NCBI GenBank assembly: GCA_032128875.1
Contig: JAVLKG010000001.1
Span: 672,001-736,000 of the forward strand
Length of the DNA: 64,000 nt
Reading direction: 5' to 3'
DNA from: Candidatus Melainabacteria bacterium 17Bon1m
Lineage (GTDB): Bacteria > Cyanobacteriota > Vampirovibrionia > Obscuribacterales > Obscuribacteraceae
Made by a program: the position numbers and the translations under genes. The number at the start of each line of letters is the position of its first letter. The first letter of the stretch is position 1. The notes below the pieces were generated by a model. It was not told the origin of the DNA. It saw only the letters and a list, made by a program, of their open reading frames with translations, and did not search any database. Positions 37,532 through 45,572 of this stretch are shown here, one piece after another.

Positions 37532-39097
37532 CTAGAGCTGAGTTTCCGGCTTTTGCGAGATGGACATTTTCGAGACCACGCCGCGCGTGACAGCATCCGC
37601 AACGTTGCCATATTGATTGATAAGCAGCATTGGGTAGATGCCCAGAATCAAGATTGAAAGGCAGAGTGCCCAGCCGACGAATTTCTCAGTGTTTCTAGCA
37701 TCTGACAAATGACCTTGCCATTTTGCGAGCAGTTCGCCGAAGAAGAGGCGCTTGAAAAGCCAGAGCATGTATCCTGCTGTCAAGATGACGCCAGTGCATG
37801 CAATGACGATTGCTGTTTGAACCATCGCGTGGTGCGGCGCTGTCGTGAGTGCCATGGGCGAAGTGTAGGCGCCGTAGAAGACGGCTGCTTCCGCAACGAA
37901 TCCTGCCAGCCCCGGCAAGCCGAGGTTTGCCATGACCGCGAACATCCACATATAGAATACGTAGGGCATTTCTTTCGCCAGACCGCCGCCGATTTCGTGA
38001 ATGTCACGAGTATGCGTGCGTTCGTAAACACAGCCGACGAGGAAGAACAGCGCGGCTGAAATGACGCCGTGGCTGATCATCTGGAAGATGGCGCCGTTGA
38101 CGGCTGCTGCCGACAGGGAGCCAATTCCTAAGAGCACGAAGCCCATGTGGCTGACACTGGAGAAAGCGATGATGCGCTTCATATCTGTTTGAACCAAGCA
38201 AGCCATTGCGGCCCAAACAATATTGAATGCGCCGAGTGCCATGATCCAGTGACCGTAATCGATGAATACGGTTGGGAAGAAGTCCATGCAGATTCTGACC
38301 AAACCGTAAGAGCCCATCTTGAGGAGCAATCCGGCAAGGATCATTGAAATCGGTGTAGGTGCTTCAACGTGAGCATCCGGCAACCATGTGTGGAATGGGA
38401 AAGATGGAAGCTTGATGATGAAAGCGAGGAAGAAGCCGAGGAAGGCAATCAGTTGGGCCGACTTGGGCAGCAGAGGCGCTACTTGCGCAAGCTTGACCAT
38501 GTCGAATGTGACCATTGCCGGATTGTCGACTGTGAGTGCGAAGTACAGATAGAGCAGACCGCCCAGCATCAGCACGCCGCCGAAGAATGTATACAGCAGG
38601 AATTTCATCGCTGCGTAATCGCGTCTGGGACCGCCCCAGATTGCGATCAAGAAGTACATCGGGACAAGCTCCAATTCGTACATGATGAAGAATTGCAGCA
38701 GGTCAAGAGAAACGAACACTCCGAGAATCGAGAGTGTCAGAAGCATTACGAAGCTGTAAAAAAGTTTCGGTCGATTATCACCAATTGATTCAGATGCCAG
38801 CACCGCCATCAAAGTGACGAAGGCTGTCAGGACCACAAGGCAAAGGCTGAAGCCGTCGACGCCAACGTGGTACTGCACCGGAAACGGTGACGTGATCCAG
38901 GTCACGATTTGCTCGAACTGATAACCGGCGGTACCGGGTTTGAATGACTGTGTGGCAAATGCTGAGAGCGCGAGCATTGCGGCGCTAAATGCAATTGCCA
39001 GCTTTCGTGCCCACTCTGGTGGCATCAGCGCGATTGCGACTGAACCGATGAGAGGTGTCAAGAGAATAGCTGTGAGAATCGACTGAGGTTGGTCCAC
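37532..39097 (-). CDS. ndhD: NDH-1 / complex I antiporter-like subunit NdhD (NuoM)
   Basis: GVDGFS, RPKLFY, FIMYELELVPMYFLIAIWGG, KLPSFPFHTWLPDAH, LLKMG, NLGLPG..GFVAE. Confidence 0.95.
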   Translation of the reverse strand: MDQPQSILTAILLTPLIGSVAIALMPPEWARKLAIAFSAAMLALSAFATQSFKPGTAGYQFEQIVTWITSPFPVQYHVGVDGFSLCLVVLTAFVTLMAVLASESIGDNRPKLFYSFVMLLTLSILGVFVSLDLLQFFIMYELELVPMYFLIAIWGGPRRDYAAMKFLLYTFFGGVLMLGGLLYLYFALTVDNPAMVTFDMVKLAQVAPLLPKSAQLIAFLGFFLAFIIKLPSFPFHTWLPDAHVEAPTPISMILAGLLLKMGSYGLVRICMDFFPTVFIDYGHWIMALGAFNIVWAAMACLVQTDMKRIIAFSSVSHMGFVLLGIGSLSAAAVNGAIFQMISHGVISAALFFLVGCVYERTHTRDIHEIGGGLAKEMPYVFYMWMFAVMANLGLPGLAGFVAEAAVFYGAYTSPMALTTAPHHAMVQTAIVIACTGVILTAGYMLWLFKRLFFGELLAKWQGHLSDARNTEKFVGWALCLSILILGIYPMLLINQYGNVADAVTRGVVSKMSISQKPETQL

Positions 39098-39526
39098 TTC
39101 AAACTCCGATTGTTTACTTTGTCTGCATTCCCGGCTTAGTTGGCTTTCGGCGTATTGCCTGCTGCTTGTTTGCCTTTGGCGTATATGCCTTGGCTATTGC
39201 CGTTTTTGCAGAGTCTGGCTAACGAGGCCAGAAAGTTTCTAAATTATGCGAGACAAGTATATCGAGCTGTCGCGCGGCATACTAGGAAGAACCTCTAAAA
39301 ACGAGCTTACAGATGAACTGTTGAAATGAAAAATCTTCTCACTCAAAGAAACACCATAAATATCAACCGCACTTAATCCGCAGCACACACGATGGCACTA
39401 ATATTGATGTGCGATCGTTGGACTAAGTGTGAAAAACCTCTTGGTAACGGCGAGTAGGCAATCAAGAAGTTCTTGAAATCGGCGACAAAATAGGCGAAAC
39501 AAAAGCCAAAGCAAAAGGATAGTCTC

Positions 39527-41554
39527 GTGGATCAATCAATTGATTACTGGCGTCAGGTAATCGAACTGTCACCGTGGATTGTGGCAACCCCTTTCCTGGT
39601 CGGATTCGGCATCATTCTGCTCAACACGTTGGTTGGGTCGAGTACCAAACTAGTCAAGACTCTATCCATGGTGGCATCCGTAGGCGGTGTGCTCTACGGG
39701 TTCATCCACTCGCTGCTCTTGTTTCAAGCTCTCGTCAAGCACCCCGAACTGGTGCCGTGGGTCAAGAACATTCCTTATTTCACGTCCGCGAGTTTCACTT
39801 TCACGGTCGGCGTTCTTATAGATAACCTTGCAGTCTTCATGATGCTGGTTGTCACTTCCGTCAGCTTGCTGGTGCAAATATATACGCACGGCTACATGCG
39901 GGAAGATCCTGGATATTCGCGCTTCTATTGCTACCTTTCTTTATTCACCGGCTCGATGCTCGGGCTAGTGGTGGCAACCAACCTTTTCCAATCATTTATC
40001 TTCTGGGAACTCGTCGGCGTCTGCAGTTACTTCCTCATTGGATTCTGGTGGAATAAGGAAAGCGCTGCGCAAGCCTGTATGAAAGCTTTCGTCATCAACA
40101 GAGTTGGTGACTTCGGATTCCTTGTAGGTATTCTCTGGTTCTTCGCTGTCACCTACAGCGTGTGGTCTGGACATCCTGTGCTGCAGTTCTTCGACAAAGA
40201 CGGTTATGACGTAGCCGGTGTCATTCAAAAGGCATACCTTGCGAAGAACCTGGACGTGCAAACACTTTGGTTCATATCCATGGTCATGTTCATGGGACCG
40301 ATGGCCAAATCAGCGCAGTTCATGCTTCACACCTGGCTGCCGGACGCGATGGAAGGCCCTACGCCAATCTCCGCACTTATCCACGCTGCAACCATGGTCG
40401 CAGCTGGTATCTACCTCGTCGCTCGCGCATATCCGATCTGGCAGTCTGCTGACGGGACACCGGGCGGCATGGGCTTGACCTTCGTTGCCATCATCGGTGC
40501 AGCAACTGCATTTATGGCTGCCACGATCGCGATGAGTCAGTACGACATCAAACGCGTTTTGGCGTGGTCAACAGTTTCACAGCTTGGATATATGTTTGTC
40601 GGCTTGGGCGCGGGTGCATACACCGGCGGCTTGTTCCACCTTTTCAATCACGCCTTCTTCAAAGCTATGCTCTTCCTATGCTCCGGCGCCGTCATTCACG
40701 GATTAGCCGGCGAGCAAGACATAAGAAAGATGGGTGGCTTGAAAAAGAGCATGCCAATCACAGCCATTTGCTTCCTGATTGGGACAATCTCAATTTCGGG
40801 ATGCCCTGGCTTCAGCGGATTCTTCTCTAAGGATGAAATCATCGGCGCAGCAACGGCTATGGATCCGATGCTTGGCGGCGTAATGATTTTGACCGCCGGT
40901 CTGACTGCCTTTTATATGTTCCGTGTTTACTTCATGACATTCGAAGGCGCATATAGAGGTAACGCACACCCGCATGAATCCCCACTGGTAATGACTGCGC
41001 CGCTAATGGTTTTGGCTGTGCCGTCCATCTTGTCCGGTTATCTGGGCTTCAACTTTGCTTCGCTGGGTGCCATTTCATTCACCGGCGAGCACGGTAAAGC
41101 GTTCTCTAACTGGTTTGGTTCTTTCATCTACTTCAAGCAGCCCGTCTTTGAAGGCATTAACGGCACTGTTATGCTTTCTTCCATCGGCTTTGCTGCTGCC
41201 GGTTTTCTCGTTGCATATCTGATGTATGTGGCAGGTTCGCTGAAGTGGAACCAGGCGATTGCCGAGAGCAAATCTCCGCTTGTGCAAGGCATCTATCAGT
41301 TTTCCTTCAACAAGTGGTATTTCGACAACCTCTATATGGGCTTGATTCAAAAGGGCATCCTGCCTGGATTCCAAGCACTTTGGAAGCTGATCGATATCCT
41401 CATCGTCGACAACATCGTCAACGGTGCAGGCATCGTGTCCCGAGGTATGGGCGAAGGTTTGCGTTATGCGCAAAACGGCAGAGGTCAATACTACGCACTG
41501 GTAATATTCGGATGGGTGGCTGGTCTTACCGTTCTTGTATTCTTCCTGCGCTGA
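39527..41554 (+). CDS. ndhF: NDH-1 / complex I subunit NdhF (NuoL), cyanobacterial NdhF1-like
   Basis: GYMREDPGYSRF, FWELVG, NRVGDFG, KSAQF.LHTWLPDAMEGPTPISALIHAATMV, HAFFKA; C-terminus GEGLRYAQNGRGQYYAL resembles cyanobacterial NdhF1. Confidence 0.96.
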   Translation: MDQSIDYWRQVIELSPWIVATPFLVGFGIILLNTLVGSSTKLVKTLSMVASVGGVLYGFIHSLLLFQALVKHPELVPWVKNIPYFTSASFTFTVGVLIDNLAVFMMLVVTSVSLLVQIYTHGYMREDPGYSRFYCYLSLFTGSMLGLVVATNLFQSFIFWELVGVCSYFLIGFWWNKESAAQACMKAFVINRVGDFGFLVGILWFFAVTYSVWSGHPVLQFFDKDGYDVAGVIQKAYLAKNLDVQTLWFISMVMFMGPMAKSAQFMLHTWLPDAMEGPTPISALIHAATMVAAGIYLVARAYPIWQSADGTPGGMGLTFVAIIGAATAFMAATIAMSQYDIKRVLAWSTVSQLGYMFVGLGAGAYTGGLFHLFNHAFFKAMLFLCSGAVIHGLAGEQDIRKMGGLKKSMPITAICFLIGTISISGCPGFSGFFSKDEIIGAATAMDPMLGGVMILTAGLTAFYMFRVYFMTFEGAYRGNAHPHESPLVMTAPLMVLAVPSILSGYLGFNFASLGAISFTGEHGKAFSNWFGSFIYFKQPVFEGINGTVMLSSIGFAAAGFLVAYLMYVAGSLKWNQAIAESKSPLVQGIYQFSFNKWYFDNLYMGLIQKGILPGFQALWKLIDILIVDNIVNGAGIVSRGMGEGLRYAQNGRGQYYALVIFGWVAGLTVLVFFLR

Positions 41555-41649
41555 TAAGGCAGCTGGGAAACTCTGAAACGCAAGATGGAAACTTGAAAGT
41601 CAGGCGCATAGCGCTAATCGGTAACTGTTGAGAGGAGAGGCACAGGCAA

Positions 41650-42285
41650 ATGGGTTCAGATCACGGACATGACCACGGTTCTTGCAACCACGACCACGGA
41701 CATGATCACGGTCATGACCACGAGCATGGTGCCGGCTGCTCTCACGAGCATGCTCATGACCACGGACACGGTCACGGAGATGACCACGGTCATCACGGCG
41801 GCGAAGAGTTCGTGCCTACAAGCAGCGTGCATGACAAATTTTTGCTCCTCTGCGCCACAATCTGCGGGCTGGGTTTCATCTATCTAGGTTATTTCTGGAT
41901 GACGGCTCTGCCGCTTGCTGCCGTGACAGAACATCACGAAGGTTCTGCGCATCAAGAAATGCTTGATGAAGCGGGTTTGGGTAAAGGCTCGGAACACGGC
42001 GCAGAGCACGCATCAGAGCATGCAACGGAAGCTCCCAAAACTGAAACTGCTGCTCCCGGAGGAGAAGCGGCTCCGGCGGGTGAAACTTCAACTGGCGCAG
42101 AAACTGATGCACCTCACGGCGAGACAGCTCCGGCAACGGAAGGTAGCGAGCACTCGAGTGCGGCTCCTGGTGCTGAACCCGCAAAGTCTGATGTCGGTAC
42201 TATAGGTCCGCCCGGTTCCACAACAGGCGCTGAGACCACCACCACCGCAGGTCCCGGGACTTCGACCGGCGAAGCTGCTCACTAG
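41650..42285 (+). CDS. His-rich single-pass membrane protein
   Basis: GAGGAG RBS; 19 His and 2 Cys in the first 49 aa; one TM helix; acidic Ala/Thr/Gly/Pro tail. Confidence 0.8.
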   Translation: MGSDHGHDHGSCNHDHGHDHGHDHEHGAGCSHEHAHDHGHGHGDDHGHHGGEEFVPTSSVHDKFLLLCATICGLGFIYLGYFWMTALPLAAVTEHHEGSAHQEMLDEAGLGKGSEHGAEHASEHATEAPKTETAAPGGEAAPAGETSTGAETDAPHGETAPATEGSEHSSAAPGAEPAKSDVGTIGPPGSTTGAETTTTAGPGTSTGEAAH

Positions 42286-42295
42286 ATAAACTAAT

Positions 42296-42389
42296 GCAGG
42301 GGCGGCATTAATGCCGCCCGGAGCCGGCGAGCCGCTGGCGCTCCCAGGCTCAGCAAACGGAGAGCCGCCAGGATGGCGGCGCTTCCAGC
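42296..42389. repeat. Cluster of REP-like palindromes
   Basis: GCAG-GGGCGGCAT-TA-ATGCCGCCC plus two minus-strand CTGG(G/A)AGCGCC-type imperfect hairpins. Confidence 0.65.
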
Positions 42390-42577
42390 GTTTCAAACTT
42401 TAGAAATCTGACCTTTACATTAAGGCGACGCTTGCCATCTGAAGGCGGGCTTATGATACCCTTTAAGTTGGCCAGGAAAGGCCCTCTGAGGCGGCGTTTA
42501 GCGAAGCCGTCCGGTGTTGTCTATCTTGTGGGCCCGTTGCGTTGCGGGTTCGGGGTTCGATGGTAGAGGGAGTAAGG

Positions 42578-44584
42578 ATGCAAGAAGTCACAATTGGAAT
42601 CGCAGGAGCTGCCGGTGACGGTCTCGATAAATCGGGCGACACCTTGGCGAAAACCTGTGGAAGGCTGGGTCTGCATGTGTATGCATACAACAGCTATCAG
42701 TCGATCATTCGCGGCGGCCATATCTGGCTTCGCGTGCGTATCGGCGATAAGAAAGTTTTGAGTCACGGCGACAGTTTGAATGCCGTGATTTGCCTTAACC
42801 AAGATTCGTTGGAAAGACACGCGCCTGAAGTAAATGAAGGCGGTGTAATCATCTTCAATTCGGACAAGCTCAAACTTGATCCGACATTGGTGCCGAAAGG
42901 TGTACAAAGCCTCGGTTTGCCGATGAAAGAAATCTGCAAAGAAGTTGAAGCCGAACACGGCGCTCTTCAACCGATCATGCAAAACACCGTTGCTGTAGGT
43001 GCAGTCCTCGCACTCGCCAACCTGGGCTTGGAAGAAGCCGGCAGCGTTATGCACGATACCTTCGCTCACAAAGGCGACAAGGTCATCAATCTCAACGTTT
43101 CGCTCTTGAAAGTCGGCTACGACTACGCCAAGGCAAACGCAAAAGTGTTCACCAAAGAATGGACATTCTCCAAGAAGAGAAGACCGTTCGTCACCGGCAA
43201 CGAAGCAATCGCATTCGGTGCAGTTGCTGCCGGTTGCAAATTCTATTCCGCTTATCCGATGACTCCGGCTTCGACCATCCTTCACTGGATGGCTGCTCAC
43301 GCGCAGCAAGTCGATGTTTGCGTCAAACAGTGCGAAGACGAACTCTCTGTAATCAACATGGCAATCGGAGCCGGCATCGCTGGCGTTCGTTCTATGTGCG
43401 GTACTGCAGGTGGTGGCTTCGCGTTGATGACCGAAGCAATCGGTATGGCAGGTATCATGGAAGTGCCGGTAGTTTGCGTTGAAGTTCAGCGCGGCGGACC
43501 GTCCACCGGTTTGCCCACCAAGACCGAGCAAGGCGACTTGTTCCAAGTCTATGGCGCATCGCAAGGCGAGTTCCCGAAAATCATCGTTGCACCTCGCGAC
43601 GTAGCTGATTGCTATGACACGACAGTCAACGTATTCAACCTGGCAGACAAATATCAGTTGCCGGTAATGCTCATCTCGGACTTGCTGCTTTCGGAGCACC
43701 CGGAAACAGTTGATCCCGAGAAGTTCTACAGCGATGTCAAAATCGATCGTGGGCAAATTGTCACCGAGTGGGATATCGAAGCTAAAGGCAAGTTCAAGCG
43801 CTTCGAACTCACTGATTCCGGCATCTCACCGAGAGCTCTCCCAGGCACGCTCAACTGCAACTTCGTGTCTGCAACCGACGAACATGACGAAGAAAGCATC
43901 CTGATTTCGGATATGTTCACCGCACCTCCGGTTCGCCGCAAAATGAACGAGAAGCGTTTCCGCAAAATGGACAACCTTCTCAAAGAAATTCCGGCACCGA
44001 AGCTCGAAGGACCTGCCGATGCTGATGTCACCCTGGTTTGCTGGGGCTCAACAGCCGGCGTGGTCGAAGAAGCTGCAGAAATGTTGACTGCTGCCGGAGT
44101 GAAGACCAACTTCCTCGTACTGAAATGGATCGTTCCTTTCCACGCGAAAGAAGTTCAAGAAATTCTCTCCAAGGCGAAGAAGAAAGTTTCTGTCGAAGTC
44201 AACTTCACCAGCCAAATGGCACGTTACATCAAGATGGAAACCGGTGTTTCGATGGACGGACACGTCAATCGTTACGACGGCGAACCGCTTGAACCTCAAG
44301 AAGTAGTTGGCCGCGTTCAAGACATTCTCAAGGGCAAAGCGCTCGATTTGAATGTTTCCGAAAACGATGCCAAAGAAATTGCGTATCACAACCTGCGTAC
44401 TCACTATGCAGAAAAGCTGCGCCCCATCAAAGCAGTGCAAGAGTCAGCCAACGGACACGGCGAGCCAGTTTGGAACGTCGAGCTCGTTGAGAGAGCCTCT
44501 GGCAAAGCTGGTGGCAAGATGAAAATCGGCGTGCATACGGGTTCGACCTATTCCTTTGAAAAGGAACCGGTTGAAAGCAAGTAA
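42578..44584 (+). CDS. korA: 2-oxoacid:ferredoxin oxidoreductase alpha(gamma-alpha) subunit with C-terminal extension
   Basis: GAAGDG, IRGGH, GNEAIA, YSAYPMTPAS, EDELS, QRGGPSTGLPTKTEQGD, WGST; substrate specificity not determinable. Confidence 0.93.
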   Translation: MQEVTIGIAGAAGDGLDKSGDTLAKTCGRLGLHVYAYNSYQSIIRGGHIWLRVRIGDKKVLSHGDSLNAVICLNQDSLERHAPEVNEGGVIIFNSDKLKLDPTLVPKGVQSLGLPMKEICKEVEAEHGALQPIMQNTVAVGAVLALANLGLEEAGSVMHDTFAHKGDKVINLNVSLLKVGYDYAKANAKVFTKEWTFSKKRRPFVTGNEAIAFGAVAAGCKFYSAYPMTPASTILHWMAAHAQQVDVCVKQCEDELSVINMAIGAGIAGVRSMCGTAGGGFALMTEAIGMAGIMEVPVVCVEVQRGGPSTGLPTKTEQGDLFQVYGASQGEFPKIIVAPRDVADCYDTTVNVFNLADKYQLPVMLISDLLLSEHPETVDPEKFYSDVKIDRGQIVTEWDIEAKGKFKRFELTDSGISPRALPGTLNCNFVSATDEHDEESILISDMFTAPPVRRKMNEKRFRKMDNLLKEIPAPKLEGPADADVTLVCWGSTAGVVEEAAEMLTAAGVKTNFLVLKWIVPFHAKEVQEILSKAKKKVSVEVNFTSQMARYIKMETGVSMDGHVNRYDGEPLEPQEVVGRVQDILKGKALDLNVSENDAKEIAYHNLRTHYAEKLRPIKAVQESANGHGEPVWNVELVERASGKAGGKMKIGVHTGSTYSFEKEPVESK

Positions 44585-44618
44585 GTACTCAGGCAAGCAA
44601 ATTATTTAAGAGGTAGAA

Positions 44619-45497
44619 ATGGCTACTGTTATTGAACTTCCAGTCGAAACATACAAAGGACCAGTCGATCCAGACTGGTGCCCAGGTTGTGGTGACTTCG
44701 GCGTACTGCGCTCAGTGCAAACTGCAGCCGGTAAGTGCGGCATTCACCCGAAAGACCTGCTCGTCGTATCCGGTATCGGATGCTCTTCCAACTTGCCGGG
44801 ATTCATTCATGCTTATGGAATCCACAGCTTGCACGGACGTAGCGTTCCGGTAGCAACCGGCGCCCACCTCGCCAATACCGACTTGAAAGTCGTTATCACC
44901 GGTGGAGATGGCGACGGGTACGGTATCGGCGTTGGTCACTTGATTCACGCAATGCGCAGAAATCTCGATGTCACCTATGTCGTCATGGACAACCAAATCT
45001 ATGGTCTGACTACCGGTCAAGCTTCGCCGACATCTGCAAAAGGTGTTAAGACGAAATCCACACCGGCAGGCAACTTCGAATCTCCGCTCAACCCTTTGGT
45101 AATGGCTATTACCTCGGGTGCAACTTACGTTGCTCGTGGATTCTCCGGTGAGCAAAAACAACTCGGCGAACTCATCGCCGGTGGTATCGCACACAAAGGC
45201 TTCGCATTGATTGACGTGTTCAGCCCTTGCGTAACCTACAACAAGATCAACACCTATCCTTACTTCAAAGAGCGTGTATACAAGCTCGAAGACGAAGGAT
45301 ACGATCCGACCGACTTCTACAAAGCAATTGAAAAAGCCTACGAATGGGGCGACAGAATTCCTTTGGGAGTCGTCTATAAAACCGAGCAAGAGACCTATGA
45401 AGACAACGAACCTGTCCTCAAAAAAGGTCCGCTCGTGAAGCAAAAAACTGGACTTTCGAAAGAAATCCACAAAGAATTGATCGAAGAAATGATCTAG
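44619..45497 (+). CDS. korB: 2-oxoacid:ferredoxin oxidoreductase beta subunit
   Basis: WCPGCGD, SGIGCSS, HSLHGR, GGDGDG (TPP), DNQIYGLTTGQASPT, SPCVTYN. Confidence 0.95.
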   Translation: MATVIELPVETYKGPVDPDWCPGCGDFGVLRSVQTAAGKCGIHPKDLLVVSGIGCSSNLPGFIHAYGIHSLHGRSVPVATGAHLANTDLKVVITGGDGDGYGIGVGHLIHAMRRNLDVTYVVMDNQIYGLTTGQASPTSAKGVKTKSTPAGNFESPLNPLVMAITSGATYVARGFSGEQKQLGELIAGGIAHKGFALIDVFSPCVTYNKINTYPYFKERVYKLEDEGYDPTDFYKAIEKAYEWGDRIPLGVVYKTEQETYEDNEPVLKKGPLVKQKTGLSKEIHKELIEEMI

Positions 45498-45540
45498 TCT
45501 GGTTTCAAACCAATTTCATTTCAAAAATCAAAAACCAAGG

Positions 45541-45572
45541 GACGCCGGTGCTTTCAGTGCCGGTGTCTTCTT
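45541..45572 (+). terminator. Intrinsic terminator after korB
   Basis: GACGCCGGTGCT-TTC-AGTGCCGGTGTC stem (G-U pairs on the plus strand) followed by TTCTT. Confidence 0.65.

Noticed and set aside
42550-42562. GGTTCGA T-loop-like motif suggesting a tRNA before korA
   Set aside because: No T-stem or cloverleaf around it
42521-43756. 411-aa antisense ORF (and the 252-aa ORF at 44712-45470)
   Set aside because: Both lie opposite the well-conserved korA/korB; shadow ORFs expected from codon bias, with no recognisable motifs
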